Positions 17,906 through 29,464 of a stretch of DNA of 64,000 nucleotides are shown here, piece by piece. Within the stretch, counting starts at the first letter, position 1. Every line of letters begins with the position of its first letter. The stretch lies in contig OZ246001.1 of the NCBI GenBank assembly GCA_965230295.1, positions 3,840,001-3,904,000 on the forward strand, in the 5' to 3' direction. The DNA is from Marinicella sp. GTDB lineage: Bacteria > Pseudomonadota > Gammaproteobacteria > Xanthomonadales > Marinicellaceae. The notes below the pieces were generated by a model, which did not search any database, had not been told where the DNA came from, and saw only the letters and a program-made list of their open reading frames with translations. The translations under genes were made by a program, and so were the position numbers.

Positions 17906-20191
17906 TCACATATCTGAAGTCATCACTTTTACCCAAGCTTTGACAAAATCATTGACAAATTTCTCTTTTGAGTCATCAAACGCATAGAATTCAGCAATGG
18001 CTCTTAATTCTGAATTTGACCCGAACACCAGATCTACCGGAGTGGCTGTCCATTTGTTTTCACCGGTTTTACGATCAAAACCTTGATACAAACCGGCTTG
18101 ATCAGAAGCCTTCCATGTAGTGGACATGTCCAACAAATTCACGAAGAATTGATTGTTCAGGATGCCAGGCGTTGTTGTCAGTACACCATGCTCAGAACCA
18201 CCATGGTTGGCATTCAATGCACGCATTCCACCAACCAAAACAGTCATTTCAGGTACTGTCAGATTCAATTGATCGGCCTTATCTATCAACATTTCGGTGG
18301 GTGAGCGGTAGCTGTTGTCCACATCAAAATAGTTTCTGAAAGCATCAGCTGTAGGCCTTAACAGGTCGAATGAATGCTCGTCGGTTAACGCTTGTGTGGT
18401 ATCAGCACGACCTGCCTTGAATGGGATGTTGACATCATAACCCGCTTTTTCAGCAGCATGCTCAATGGCAGTCGAACCGGCCAATACAATTAAATCTGCC
18501 AAAGAAACCTGGCGCGCCCCTCTGGCCGACTCATTGAACTTGTCTTTGATGTTATTCAGCTTTTCCAAGACCATGGCCAATTCTTTGGGGTCATTGACGG
18601 CCCAGTTCTTTTGAGGCGCCAAGGCAATTCTGGCCCCATTGGCACCACCACGACGATCTGAAGCGCGGTAACTGGAAGCTGCACCCCAAGCCACTCGAAT
18701 CAATGCGGCATGAGGCAAGCCTGATTCTATGATGTGTTGTTTCAATTTTTTGAGGTCACGATCATTGATCATTTTATAGTCTGGTTCTGGAATCGGATCT
18801 TGCCACACCAACACATCTTCAGGCACATCTTCACCCAGGTAGCGAGACCTCGGACCCATGTCTCGATGGGTAAGTTTGTACCAAGCCTTGGCGAATGCCA
18901 GTCGATATTCTTCAGGATCATTTAAAAAGCGTTCAGCAATTTTTTTGTAAGCGGGATCAAATTTGATGGCCAGATCAGCCGTGGTCATCACCGGTGGATT
19001 GAACTTGCCTTTGACGTGTGCATCCGGCACTGATTTATGCAGTGATTCATCAGTCGGAATCCATTGTGTCGCACCACCCGGGCTTTTGCTTTGTTGCCAT
19101 TCAAAATTCAACAAGTTCTGTAAGTACAAGGTGGTCCATTGGGTCGGGGCCTGTGTCCAGGCACCTTCCAACCCACTGGTTACGGTGTCTTCGGAATGGC
19201 CTTTGCCGCATTTGTTTTTCCAACCCAGCCCCTGTTCTTCGGTACTGGCTGCGCCAGGTTCAGGACCCACACAGTCACCAGGCTTGTGGGCACCATGCAT
19301 TTTGCCAAAGGTATGGCCGCCTGCAATCAATGCCACGGTTTCTTCATCATTCATGGCCATGCGACCGAATGACAAACGGATGTTCTTCGCCGATGCGACT
19401 GGATCAGGTACGCCTCTTGGACCTTCTGGATTGACATAAATCAGCCCCATGTGCATGGCACCCAAAGGTCGCTGAAGCTTGCCATCTTTTTCAAATCGAT
19501 CGCTGGCCAGCATTTTCACTTCCGGCCCCCAATAAACCACATCAGGTTCCCAGTCATCTTCACGACCACCCGCAAATCCATAGGTTTTAAACCCCATGTT
19601 CTCTAAGGCTACGTTGCCTGCCAAAATCATCAAATCTGACCAGGACAATGCCGCACCGTATTTCTTTTTAATCGGCCACAACAACCGTTTGGCTTTATCT
19701 AAGTTACCGTTATCTGGCCAGCTATTCAAAGGATCAAAGCGCATTTGTCCGCCATCACCACCACCTCGGCCGTCTAACGTCCGGTATGTGCCGGCACTGT
19801 GCCAAGACATCCTGATAAAGAATGGACCATAATGACCCCAGTCTGCCGGCCACCAGTCTTGAGAGTCTGTAAGGACTTGGTCCAGATCTGCCTTAACTTC
19901 CTCCATGTCTAATGTATTGAAAGCATTGGCATAATCAAGTGTTTCATTGAAGTATGGACTGGACCGATCATCATGATCACGCAATGGTGATAGGTCTAAC
20001 TGATTTGGCCACCAAAATTGATTACTTTTGGTTTGGACATTTTTCATCTCATGAGTGCCTGGTTTGTTTACTTTCGTGTCATCTTTGGCATGGCTGTGAA
20101 ATGGTGCGGTAAGCATAAGGGTGCCTATATATGTACCCATTTTTATGTATTCGGTTATGTTCATAGAATCCTCCGGTTTCAGTAAAAACAA
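17906..20191 (-). CDS. katG: Catalase-peroxidase with N-terminal signal-peptide-like extension
   Basis: [46 protein letters not shown]. The true start may be an internal Met. Confidence 0.97.
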   Translation of the reverse strand: MFLLKPEDSMNITEYIKMGTYIGTLMLTAPFHSHAKDDTKVNKPGTHEMKNVQTKSNQFWWPNQLDLSPLRDHDDRSSPYFNETLDYANAFNTLDMEEVKADLDQVLTDSQDWWPADWGHYGPFFIRMSWHSAGTYRTLDGRGGGDGGQMRFDPLNSWPDNGNLDKAKRLLWPIKKKYGAALSWSDLMILAGNVALENMGFKTYGFAGGREDDWEPDVVYWGPEVKMLASDRFEKDGKLQRPLGAMHMGLIYVNPEGPRGVPDPVASAKNIRLSFGRMAMNDEETVALIAGGHTFGKMHGAHKPGDCVGPEPGAASTEEQGLGWKNKCGKGHSEDTVTSGLEGAWTQAPTQWTTLYLQNLLNFEWQQSKSPGGATQWIPTDESLHKSVPDAHVKGKFNPPVMTTADLAIKFDPAYKKIAERFLNDPEEYRLAFAKAWYKLTHRDMGPRSRYLGEDVPEDVLVWQDPIPEPDYKMINDRDLKKLKQHIIESGLPHAALIRVAWGAASSYRASDRRGGANGARIALAPQKNWAVNDPKELAMVLEKLNNIKDKFNESARGARQVSLADLIVLAGSTAIEHAAEKAGYDVNIPFKAGRADTTQALTDEHSFDLLRPTADAFRNYFDVDNSYRSPTEMLIDKADQLNLTVPEMTVLVGGMRALNANHGGSEHGVLTTTPGILNNQFFVNLLDMSTTWKASDQAGLYQGFDRKTGENKWTATPVDLVFGSNSELRAIAEFYAFDDSKEKFVNDFVKAWVKVMTSDM

Positions 20192-20260
20192 CTTTATGAC
20201 TAAATATCAGTTGTAATAGATTTGCAGCAATTTGCATAATCTATCGTTATATTTATATCA

Positions 20261-20275
20261 ATAGAATTTATCTAT
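20261..20275. promoter_or_regulatory. Possible OxyR half-site upstream of katG
   Basis: ATAG-N7-CTAT; the second half of the full OxyR motif is not clear. Confidence 0.35.
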
Positions 20276-20454
20276 GACCAATATTTTAAATAGATCAGAT
20301 TGATCTATTTTTACGAAGATGCAGCTAATATGTGTTCAATTTCGAACACTTTTATATTTAATAAATCTGAGTTAAGAGCTGAATATTTATGCTTTCATGA
20401 TTCTGATGACACAAATGGAGAGTACAGTGCCAAAGTAAAACTCATCTTCATTAA

Positions 20455-21678
20455 CTATGGACAGCTGGCAGACCAAGCGCTCGTGTCTCCTGACTCAAAT
20501 CCATCAGAGAATACAGCATCTACATTGACATCTCTGACATACAGATCTGTACCTGTGCTCCCTATTCTCGGTCCACCAACCACCAATCTTGTGTTGTTGG
20601 TGTAGTTACCTTTAAGCTGAACCTGGCATGTAGCAACTGGACCGCCTGTGCCATCTAATGGAAATAAGAAATCATTCATAACTGGTGTGGAAGTATCATA
20701 AGGCTTATAAGACCAGTAATCACCCCATATGGTCTTGTTCAAAACAGGCAGACCGTTGAGATCAAGAAAAGAACTGGTTGTCCCACCTTGAAAAGAAAAT
20801 TGCGAACCATTGTTAACAATCGTCCCTAAATCTCTTTGAACGGCTGCAGCAGGGTTATTTTCAGGCACTTCAACTGATCTGGCAGTACCTTCAGAGTTAT
20901 ATGTGAATGTAATGCCCGTGCCATTGAAGGACCCTGCTCCTTCTTTAACAAAAGTGAAACCACTGGGTGGTGATAAATTCTCAATCGGTGTATGGGTAAA
21001 AGATGCTGAAGAACCAACTGTACTGGTGTGTGTTACCCTGACCTGACCATTGCTCTGTTGATTCAAGCCCATCATATAGCGACCTGAAAAACTGGAGGCC
21101 AAAGGCTCTCTGATACCGCCATCAAACGGACCGGCGGATGTATAACGACCATAAAAAGTGTAATTAGACCCTCCATTGGTTGACCTGAAAATTTCTGTTT
21201 CACCGTCGGTTAAATCATGGGTAGCCACAAAAACCCCATCTTGGGTTAAAGCACAATCTGCATTGTCAAAATCATTGGTGGTGGTACCTGGCATGGTTGA
21301 TGTACTCCAGGTAGATCCATTGTATCTGGCCACTTCTAAGTTAAAGTTTTTGATGTATGGCACAATGACATTGGATCCATCCGTGCAAATATCTCCCAGC
21401 GCAAACAAAACAGATGAGCTATCCAGGGCTGACCCTGTAATACCAGTGCCATTATAAGGAGGTGGAATTCGAACGGTTTGCAGCCGGTTATTCGATCCAT
21501 CGTTCCACAAAACCACAGCCAATAAATCTGGATTGGGTCCAGACGAATATGCACCTAATTTGATTTCCAATGGTTCTTGAAAAAATACTGGGATCGTTTG
21601 CCAGTCCCCCTTAGGATCACCTTTGGCCAGAAATGGTGTAAAAACCCATACCACAAACATCAATTTTAATAATCTCAT
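20455..21678 (-). CDS. Secreted hypothetical beta-rich protein with C-terminal DAVFSDGFESGDTSAWS motif
   Basis: Signal peptide, one BNR/Asp-box-like RSTNGGSNY, and the C-terminal motif. Confidence 0.7.
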   Translation of the reverse strand: MRLLKLMFVVWVFTPFLAKGDPKGDWQTIPVFFQEPLEIKLGAYSSGPNPDLLAVVLWNDGSNNRLQTVRIPPPYNGTGITGSALDSSSVLFALGDICTDGSNVIVPYIKNFNLEVARYNGSTWSTSTMPGTTTNDFDNADCALTQDGVFVATHDLTDGETEIFRSTNGGSNYTFYGRYTSAGPFDGGIREPLASSFSGRYMMGLNQQSNGQVRVTHTSTVGSSASFTHTPIENLSPPSGFTFVKEGAGSFNGTGITFTYNSEGTARSVEVPENNPAAAVQRDLGTIVNNGSQFSFQGGTTSSFLDLNGLPVLNKTIWGDYWSYKPYDTSTPVMNDFLFPLDGTGGPVATCQVQLKGNYTNNTRLVVGGPRIGSTGTDLYVRDVNVDAVFSDGFESGDTSAWSASCP

Positions 21679-21792
21679 TATGCCACCTGATTAAACGCTG
21701 ACTTGTTAATACATGCGAATAATCAAGGCCAATCACGCCATCTATTTGACGCTATGATTAAATATAAATAATTAAGTCTGTTTTATGTACTT

Positions 21793-22689
21793 TCAATAAA
21801 CACTGTTGGCATATTTCTTTTCGCCCGCGTTGATCTCAACCCGCATGCGATTTTGCAAAGGTGGCAATGTACAGGTCGAATAGGCCGTAAAGGAACAAGG
21901 TGGGTTGTAGGACTTGTTGAAGTCAATCCTGACTGTACCCTGTTCGTTTACTTTGCCATCAGTATATAAAAATCGACCTGGACCATAGGTGGTTTTGCCG
22001 TTGGTTTTATCACCAAATATCATGTAGTAATCTTCACTTGAATCCAAGGCATCCAGACTGTAAGACACACCATCGATGCTGAATTCCAACCTACCTGGTG
22101 ACTCTTGTTCAGTGAGTATGCCTAAGACATTAACAGTGGGTATGATTTTAGCCGGTTTATACGGAATGAATTGGGCGTCAATCCGATACTTTTCATCTTC
22201 AGGAAAGTACTCCAATCCCAGAAAACCGGTGCGGGTCTCGGCCAGTGAATCCTTGATCCTGATGGCCATTTTATCACCACGTTCAATGGCATGAAAAAGA
22301 AATGAATCAACAGTAAAAATGGTGGTGTCTTCATCACTAGAATCAGCATGCACTGTCATCATTTCTATGACAGGTAACTCATCGGCCATGATCCCTGAGG
22401 CCATATTGGGTGAAAATTTAATACCTTTGTGCTGATCCAACCAAAAGCTCCCCAGGTTTTCCGGACCATGGGTTAACCTGATGTCATTGTCAGCTGCTGA
22501 ACCAATGCTATTTTCACCCACCCTGAGCCACGCTAACCCAACCAAACTTAACCAGCCATGAGGTTGTTTCAGTCTTTCAACCCGGTATTCTTTCCATTTT
22601 TGGTATTCAGATTTTTGTTCTTCTGCGGCCTGAGTGATAAAAATGAAACCTAAAGCCAATAAACAGGCAGTGATTAATTTTCGTTGCAT
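21793..22689 (-). CDS. DUF1684 family secreted protein
   Basis: PHGWLSLVGL, FGDKTNGKTTYGPGRFL, DFNKSYNPPCSFTAYSTCTLP. Confidence 0.85.
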   Translation of the reverse strand: MQRKLITACLLALGFIFITQAAEEQKSEYQKWKEYRVERLKQPHGWLSLVGLAWLRVGENSIGSAADNDIRLTHGPENLGSFWLDQHKGIKFSPNMASGIMADELPVIEMMTVHADSSDEDTTIFTVDSFLFHAIERGDKMAIRIKDSLAETRTGFLGLEYFPEDEKYRIDAQFIPYKPAKIIPTVNVLGILTEQESPGRLEFSIDGVSYSLDALDSSEDYYMIFGDKTNGKTTYGPGRFLYTDGKVNEQGTVRIDFNKSYNPPCSFTAYSTCTLPPLQNRMRVEINAGEKKYANSVY

Positions 22690-22765
22690 GGTGTTGTTCT
22701 CTGTGTCATCTGACTTAACATGTTAAATCATGCACATAGAAATTCAAGTTTTAAACGATTGATTG

Positions 22766-24913
22766 TCAGTTTTTGTGATGCAAGGCAAAACAATGGTGAA
22801 TTTTCGAACCTGAAAAATCAGGATCCAAGCTTTTCATGGTGATATTTTCAACTATATATTTATCTTTAATATCAATATTTAACGAAAACTTTCTAAAGTT
22901 ATTCGAGAAGTATAAAACACCTTTGGGTGAAAGCAATTTCATACAGGCATCAATCATTCTGGCATGGTCTTTTTGCACATCCCAATCTTCATCTCTGGAG
23001 TGGGAATTAGAAAAGGTCGGTGGATCAGCAATGATCAAATCAAATGATTCTTGGCAACGATGCAAATAACTCATCACATCTGAGCGAATGAATTGATGTC
23101 TTTGGTTGCGCAAACCATTGAGGGCAAAATTTTCTTCTGCCCACTTTAAATAGGTTTTGGACGTGTCTACGCTGGTTACTGATTTGGCTTGGCCTTGAGC
23201 GGCAGCCACTGATATGGTGCCGGTGTAACTGAATAAATTCAAAACTTTAAGGTTTTTTGATTCAGATTGAACCTGATTTCTCAACCATCGATGATCCAAG
23301 AACAAACCCGTGTCTAAGTATTGCTCAAGATCTACCAGATATTTCCTGCCATGTTCATTGATCACGAAGCGATCTTCTTGCTCGTTGAGCTTATTGTATT
23401 GTTGTTTGTCTTTCTGAATCTGCCTTGTTTTCAGGTGAATTTTTTCGACTTTAGGCTGAATAACCGACTGTACAGCCAACAGCACATGGTTTAAATGCAA
23501 CAAAGCTTTTTTGGGGTCAATGCTTTTCGGAGCCTGGTATTCCTGGATGTGAACATGATTTTGATAACAATCTATAGCCACAGCGTATTCTGGCAGATCC
23601 GCATCATACAAACGAAAGGCTTCAATGTGCTTGTCCCCAAGCCACTGACTCAATTGGTTTTTTTTCTTCTTAAGCCGATTTGCCAGCATTTGAGCAGAGG
23701 CCGGCAACGCAAACAACTGACCTTCCGGAACCTCTAATTGACTGTTTTTATTAACATCGATCAACAGCAACTGAATAGGAATGTTGCCGTTGAGTAATGC
23801 ATATGAATTCGTTGCCCTGTAACCCAACAACCACCCCTTCCCTTCATCAGGTGTTAGCACCGCTGCTCTGCCATCACTGACTTTATTTTTCAGCCAATCC
23901 CTCAATTGCACCCAGCTGGACAGGTAATTTTTTTGCAACCTCACACCATAAGGCGGGTTACAGACAATCAAGTTATTGCGTGGTGGGATTCTGAATTTAT
24001 CTAAAGTTTGGTATTGAAAACTGATGCGCTTGGTATGCGGTAGGTTAGATAAGTTTTTATTGGCCTGGTTGATGGAATCTTTGTGGTGGTCTACTCCAAT
24101 GACCTGACCTTTGTACGTTTCCATACCAACAGCAGCTCTTTGCTCGGCGGCCATGACCATTTGGCTCCACTGGTTGCTGTCGAAACCATGCCATGAAAAC
24201 AACGCATGACTCTTTAATTGACTGTTGGGTGCCATGTCACAGGCCATTTGCCAACCTTCTGTTAACAAGGTGCCAGATCCGCACATAGGATCGATTAAGT
24301 TATGATTTTCTCTGGCTGCTTCAGGCCAGCCTGCCCTGATCAGTATGGCCGCAGCCAAGTTTTCTTTCAAGGGTGCCAAGGTGTTGGTACCACGGTATCC
24401 CCTTTGGTGTAAGCTGTGTCCGGTGATGTCCTGATATATATCCAGTTGTTTGTATTTTAACCTGGCATAAACACTCAAATGACCATCAGATTTAACGACT
24501 TTGGGCCGATAACCATAAGCCTCATTCATTTGATCACAAATGGCGTCTTTGGTGACTTGGGACGAAAAATGGGTGTTCTTTAATTCTCGGTTGGTACCAT
24601 TGAATTTGATTGACAAGGTTTTGGGTATGTCATGGCACAATTTAGCCCATTCAACACCCATCACCGCATTGTATAAGTCTTTCTTGTTGCCACATTGACT
24701 GCTGGAAATTTTGATGTAAATTCGATTGGCCAACCTGGACCACATCACCGCCTGCATCCACACTTGAGCCGTTGCAGTGGCATGAACACCAGCCAAACCT
24801 TCAGCCACCTCTGAAGCACCCAATTCAAGCAACTCATCCTTCAGCAATAACTCAAGGTGTTTGGGGCAGCTGACGAAGGCTTGAAAGTCAGTCATTTCAT
24901 TCATCATGGACAT
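22766..24913 (-). CDS. rlmKL: Bifunctional 23S rRNA m2G2445/m7G2069 methyltransferase
   Basis: [50 protein letters not shown]. Confidence 0.95.
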   Translation of the reverse strand: MSMMNEMTDFQAFVSCPKHLELLLKDELLELGASEVAEGLAGVHATATAQVWMQAVMWSRLANRIYIKISSSQCGNKKDLYNAVMGVEWAKLCHDIPKTLSIKFNGTNRELKNTHFSSQVTKDAICDQMNEAYGYRPKVVKSDGHLSVYARLKYKQLDIYQDITGHSLHQRGYRGTNTLAPLKENLAAAILIRAGWPEAARENHNLIDPMCGSGTLLTEGWQMACDMAPNSQLKSHALFSWHGFDSNQWSQMVMAAEQRAAVGMETYKGQVIGVDHHKDSINQANKNLSNLPHTKRISFQYQTLDKFRIPPRNNLIVCNPPYGVRLQKNYLSSWVQLRDWLKNKVSDGRAAVLTPDEGKGWLLGYRATNSYALLNGNIPIQLLLIDVNKNSQLEVPEGQLFALPASAQMLANRLKKKKNQLSQWLGDKHIEAFRLYDADLPEYAVAIDCYQNHVHIQEYQAPKSIDPKKALLHLNHVLLAVQSVIQPKVEKIHLKTRQIQKDKQQYNKLNEQEDRFVINEHGRKYLVDLEQYLDTGLFLDHRWLRNQVQSESKNLKVLNLFSYTGTISVAAAQGQAKSVTSVDTSKTYLKWAEENFALNGLRNQRHQFIRSDVMSYLHRCQESFDLIIADPPTFSNSHSRDEDWDVQKDHARMIDACMKLLSPKGVLYFSNNFRKFSLNIDIKDKYIVENITMKSLDPDFSGSKIHHCFALHHKN

Positions 24914-26087
24914 GAACTTGAATGATTTCAGCCATGTCTGAAGTTTTCTTTCTGGCAGCGTTCAAAGATCTGGCTGTTGCCAAACAAACGCCCAATCTGC
25001 GTTTGCCATTGATCTCAGGTTTACCAAACAACCTGATTTGAGTGCCCTTTTGAACCAATGCTTGATCAATTTGACTGAATGTGGGGTTAACCCCGTTCCC
25101 TTCACCAATGATCACATGCGAGGCAGAAGGGCCGTTTTGTTGAATGGCCGGAATGGGCAATCCCAGGACCGCACGCACATGTAACGCGAACTGACTCAAG
25201 TCTTGTGAAATCATGGTGACCATGCCTGTGTCATGCGGGCGAGGAGACACTTCGGAAAAAATCACATCATCACCGCGGACAAACAGTTCAACGCCAAAAA
25301 TTCCGTAACCACCCAAAGCATCAGTGACTTTCTTGGCAATTTCTTTGGCTTTGGCCAAAGACACGTCGGTCATGGGCTGTGGCTGCCAAGATTCTTGATA
25401 ATCACCGCCTTCTTGACGGTGGCCTATGGGGTCACAAAACGAAGTACCATCTTTGTGTCTTACAGTGAGCAATGTGATTTCAAAATCGAATTTAACGAAC
25501 CCTTCCACAATCACACGACCCGCACCAGTTCGACCACCGCTTTGTGAATACTCCCAGGCAGCATCTACATCTTCTTCGGTCATGATCGTGGATTGGCCTT
25601 TGCCTGATGAACTCATCACCGGTTTAACCACACAGGGAATGCCTACTTGCTTGACTGCTTTGATGAATTGATCATAGTCATCAACGAAATCATACGGGCT
25701 GGTGGTCACTTCAAGTTCTTCGGCTGCCAATCTTCTGATGCCCTCACGGTCCATGGTTAACTGTGCAGCTGTGGCAGTGGGGACCACATTAAATCCTTCT
25801 TGTTCCAACTCAACCAATACATCTGTGGCAATGGCTTCAATTTCTGGCACAATTAAATCAGGCTGATGCTTTTTGATGGCTTTTTTCAACACTTTGGCAT
25901 CAGTCATGTCCAGAACGACAAAATCGTCAGCAACTTGCATGGCCGGGGCATGGTCATACCGATCTGCAGCAATGACATGAACGCCCAGTCTTTGTGCTTC
26001 GATAACCACTTCTTTACCCAGTTCACCGGAGCCTAAAAGCATCATTTTAATGGGGGTGTTGCGGTCGCTGTTGAATATTTGTTCCAT
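24897..26087 (-). CDS. purT: Formate-dependent phosphoribosylglycinamide formyltransferase
   Basis: [37 protein letters not shown]. Confidence 0.97.
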   Translation of the reverse strand: MEQIFNSDRNTPIKMMLLGSGELGKEVVIEAQRLGVHVIAADRYDHAPAMQVADDFVVLDMTDAKVLKKAIKKHQPDLIVPEIEAIATDVLVELEQEGFNVVPTATAAQLTMDREGIRRLAAEELEVTTSPYDFVDDYDQFIKAVKQVGIPCVVKPVMSSSGKGQSTIMTEEDVDAAWEYSQSGGRTGAGRVIVEGFVKFDFEITLLTVRHKDGTSFCDPIGHRQEGGDYQESWQPQPMTDVSLAKAKEIAKKVTDALGGYGIFGVELFVRGDDVIFSEVSPRPHDTGMVTMISQDLSQFALHVRAVLGLPIPAIQQNGPSASHVIIGEGNGVNPTFSQIDQALVQKGTQIRLFGKPEINGKRRLGVCLATARSLNAARKKTSDMAEIIQVHVHDE

Positions 26088-26276
26088 GCTGTTGATTTTG
26101 TAGGTTTAATGAGGCGGCATTATAGCACCAAACAAAATGAATATAGCCTGAAACCTTTGATTGAATGTACGGTCGAATTGAAGAGAAATTTCAACTTGAT
26201 TTCGAACAAACTGGCATATTTTTGCACGTCAAGTTATCATGTCGGCTGTTTCCACTTTTTGAATTTTGAGGTTTAG

Positions 26277-26870
26277 ATGAAGAAAACAATATTAGTGCTG
26301 TTAATGACCCTGTTATCCACATCAATCATGGCAGAAAACACCTTGGTTAAAATGCAAACCAGTCAAGGAGATATTTATCTCGAACTCTATAACGACAAAG
26401 CCCCTTTGTCAGTTGAAAACTTTCTGGCCTATGCCAATGAAGGATTTTATGATGGCACCATATTTCATCGAGTGATCAGTACATTCATGATTCAAGGCGG
26501 CGGTTTTACAGAAAATTTAGAACGAAAGCCCACCAAAGACCCAATCAAGAATGAAGCCAACAATGGTTTAAAAAACCTACGTGGCACCATTTCAATGGCA
26601 CGACTGCCAGATCCACATTCCGCAACTTCGCAGTTTTTCATCAATGTTCAAGACAATGCGGCTTTGAATTTCACAGGTGAACAAAACACCAACACATGGG
26701 GCTATGCTGTTTTTGGCCATGTCGTTCAAGGGATGAATGTGGTTGATGACATCAGGTTTACCCCCACTGCTGGCAAAATGCCATTCAGAAAAGATGTGCC
26801 TGTTGAAAACGTGGTGATCAAATCAATTACAGTTATAGAACAGTTGCCTGAAGCCACACCTGCTTCATGA
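26277..26870 (+). CDS. ppiA: Cyclophilin-type peptidyl-prolyl isomerase with signal peptide
   Basis: FYDGTIFHRVI, FMIQGGG, SATSQFFIN, GYAVFG. Confidence 0.9.
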   Translation: MKKTILVLLMTLLSTSIMAENTLVKMQTSQGDIYLELYNDKAPLSVENFLAYANEGFYDGTIFHRVISTFMIQGGGFTENLERKPTKDPIKNEANNGLKNLRGTISMARLPDPHSATSQFFINVQDNAALNFTGEQNTNTWGYAVFGHVVQGMNVVDDIRFTPTAGKMPFRKDVPVENVVIKSITVIEQLPEATPAS

Positions 26871-27571
26871 CCACTTATTTCATTGCTGACCTACACTTGT
26901 GTGATCAGCAACCTGACATCACCAGGTCATTCCTGAAGTTTTGTAAAGAACAAGCCCGCAATGCGCGGGCTTTGTATATATTGGGTGACTTCTTTGAATA
27001 TTGGTTAGGTGATGATGCCTTGGATAAAACAGCCACAGTGGTTCAACAGACATTGAAAGAGCTGACAGCATCCGGGGTGAATCTTTTTTTCATGGCAGGT
27101 AACAGAGATTTCTTATTGGGCCAGTCATTCGCAGACTCTTGTGGCATGCAATTGCTAGAAGAACCGACCACCATAGGCTTGTATGGTGAAACCGTATTGT
27201 TGGTTCATGGGGATGCCCAGTGTACCGATGACCTGCCCTACCAGGAAGTCAGGAAAATGTTCAGAAACAAAGCTTGGCAACAACAATTTTTAAGTATGGA
27301 CATCCAACAACGCATAGAATTTGCCCAACAAGCCAGAGCCAAGAGTCAGGAGCACACCCAAAGCAGTGACCATCAAATCATGGATGTCAATCTTAAGGAA
27401 ATTACAGCTTTGTTTGAATCACATCAAGTCAAAACCATCATTCATGGCCACACACATCGCCCTGCTGTACACCAAGACAAGGGCCGCAAGCGCATAGTCT
27501 TGGGTGATTGGCATCACCAAACCAGCTATCTGGTTGTTGATGAAAGCGGTTACAACTTAATTTCAGGCTAG
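26867..27571 (+). CDS. lpxH: UDP-2,3-diacylglucosamine diphosphatase
   Basis: DLHL, GDFFE, GNRDF, HGD, HGHTHRP, LGDW; ppi-lpxH synteny. Confidence 0.95.
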   Translation: MTTYFIADLHLCDQQPDITRSFLKFCKEQARNARALYILGDFFEYWLGDDALDKTATVVQQTLKELTASGVNLFFMAGNRDFLLGQSFADSCGMQLLEEPTTIGLYGETVLLVHGDAQCTDDLPYQEVRKMFRNKAWQQQFLSMDIQQRIEFAQQARAKSQEHTQSSDHQIMDVNLKEITALFESHQVKTIIHGHTHRPAVHQDKGRKRIVLGDWHHQTSYLVVDESGYNLISG

Positions 27572-27644
27572 GGTCTAACCTAGCCACTAAACGCCATCAA
27601 ACTATATCATCTGGGATTGATAGGTATTCAATTCACTCTTAGGA

Positions 27645-27770
27645 AAGCTGCTGAACAGTTTGACCCGCCAAGCCGGTTGGTGAGCATAGCGAATCAGAGG
27701 CGAAGAGCGCGAGGTAGCAAGTCATGTTCGCCGTGGTCGTTTTCACTTTTGTCTCGAACAAAAGTGAATG
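27645..27770. repeat. GC-rich intergenic element with a perfect 11-bp hairpin (REP/MITE-like or structured leader)
   Basis: TTCACTTTTGT-CTCGA-ACAAAAGTGAA at 27742-27768 inside a GC-richer stretch; single copy in this window. Confidence 0.35.
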
Positions 27771-27902
27771 AAGCCCCAAGAACATTCCTTAGTTTTTGTC
27801 TGTTATGGTTGTATAAATGGCTGTTAAAGCCGTCAGCTAGCAATTGGGTTTCCATGGATTTCATGATAAAATTGTCGGCTGATAAAATTACAGAGATTTA
27901 GA

Positions 27903-29402
27903 ATGACAGTATTCAATCAATTGCTTCAACTCAGAAGTGCACAAGGATCGAAATTGACTCATGGTTTGAGTGATGAGATCATTAAAAAATTCATCGCTAC
28001 GGATACGGATTTAGTGGCCGCCATTGAATTGGCCACACAAGAATTCAATCAAATCAAAACAGACTACCCTGAATTGATTGATATGGACGAAGAATCACAA
28101 TTGGCTTTCATTCACAATGATTACATCAATTTTTATGCAGCTGATGCAGTCAACCCGTATGTGGCATTGGCTGGCAAAGGCCCTTGGGTTGTGACACTGA
28201 AAGGTTCAGTTTTACACGACAGCGGCGGTTATGGGATGTTGGGTGCCGGTCATGCCGCTGAACATGTGTTGGCCACCATGGCCAAACCACACGTGATGGC
28301 CAATATCATGACGCCCAGTTATTACCAAAGACGACTGTCAGATTTATTGAAAAAAGAAATCGGTCAAGGTCGAGATGCATGCCCTTTTGTTAAATTCATC
28401 TGTATGAACTCTGGCTCTGAAGCAGTGACTGTGGCTTCCAGAATTTCCGACGTGAATGCCAAAAACCAGACCAGCATCGGTGGTGACAATTATGGTAAAA
28501 CCATCAAGATCATGGCCCTGGAAGGTGCTTTTCATGGACGTACAGATCGTCCAGCACAGTACTCTGACTCCTCTTTGAAATCTTATAAAAAGAACCTGGC
28601 TTCATTCCAAGGCCGAAATAACCTCATCACGGTACCCATCAATGATGTAGAAGCATTGAAACAAGCTTTTGATGATGCAGCCAATAACAATGAATTCATT
28701 GAATCATTCTTCATGGAGCCTGTGATGGGTGAAGGCAATCCTGGCATGGGCATCACACCAGAGTTTTATGCCACCGCCAGGGCATTGACTGAAGAAAGTG
28801 GTACCTTGTTTTTGGTCGACTCTATACAAGCTGGCCTGCGTGCACAAGGTTGCTTGTCTATTTGTGACTATCCTGGCTTTGAAAACTTGCCAGCTCCAGA
28901 TATGGAAACCTATTCAAAAGCACTGAATGCTGGACACTACCCGCTTTCGGTGTTGGCTTTGAATGAGAAAGCAGCACAATTGTACGTGGTTGGTATTTAT
29001 GGCAACACCATGACAGCTAACCCCAAAGCCCTGGATGTTGCACACACCGTGTTGACTCATTTATCTGATGAAACCCGCGAAAACATCCGTGAAAAGGGCA
29101 AATTATTTGTCACCAAACTCAAAGATCTACAAGCCAGAATGAATGGTGAGATCACCAATGTTCAGGGTACAGGCTTGTTGTTTTCTTGTGAATTAGACCC
29201 TCAATATAAAGCTTATGGCAAAAACAGCATCGAAGAATACCTGCGATACAATGGTTTGGGTGTCATTCATGGTGGAGAAAACTCACTGCGTTTCACCCCG
29301 CATTTCAACATCACAGAAGCTGAAGTTGATTTAATTGTTGAAGGCGTAGAACAAGCGCTTTTACATGGTCCTAAAGCCAATTCTTTGGATAAAGCCAGCT
29401 GA
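27903..29402 (+). CDS. lat: Class III aminotransferase, probable L-lysine 6-aminotransferase
   Basis: NFYAADAVNPYVALAGKGPWVVTLKG, DSIQAGLR and PLP lysine in TYSKALNAG; resembles the roughly 490-aa Flavobacterium lutescens-type LAT (from memory). Confidence 0.75.
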   Translation: MTVFNQLLQLRSAQGSKLTHGLSDEIIKKFIATDTDLVAAIELATQEFNQIKTDYPELIDMDEESQLAFIHNDYINFYAADAVNPYVALAGKGPWVVTLKGSVLHDSGGYGMLGAGHAAEHVLATMAKPHVMANIMTPSYYQRRLSDLLKKEIGQGRDACPFVKFICMNSGSEAVTVASRISDVNAKNQTSIGGDNYGKTIKIMALEGAFHGRTDRPAQYSDSSLKSYKKNLASFQGRNNLITVPINDVEALKQAFDDAANNNEFIESFFMEPVMGEGNPGMGITPEFYATARALTEESGTLFLVDSIQAGLRAQGCLSICDYPGFENLPAPDMETYSKALNAGHYPLSVLALNEKAAQLYVVGIYGNTMTANPKALDVAHTVLTHLSDETRENIREKGKLFVTKLKDLQARMNGEITNVQGTGLLFSCELDPQYKAYGKNSIEEYLRYNGLGVIHGGENSLRFTPHFNITEAEVDLIVEGVEQALLHGPKANSLDKAS

Positions 29403-29426
29403 ATTTAATTCTTATATCGAGTAAAT

Positions 29427-29451
29427 AAAGCCACTGTGTGTGGCTTTTTTT
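29427..29451 (+). terminator. Hairpin plus T-run between lat and asnS
   Basis: AAAGCCAC-TGTGT-GTGGCTTT followed by further T residues. Confidence 0.6.
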
Positions 29452-29464
29452 AAGGAGTATTTTG

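Noticed and set aside
27690-27860. Lysine riboswitch upstream of lat
   Set aside because: Only the short AGAGGC and CGCCG fragments resemble the consensus, and the characteristic helices and closing sequence were not found by eye. An Rfam scan would settle it.
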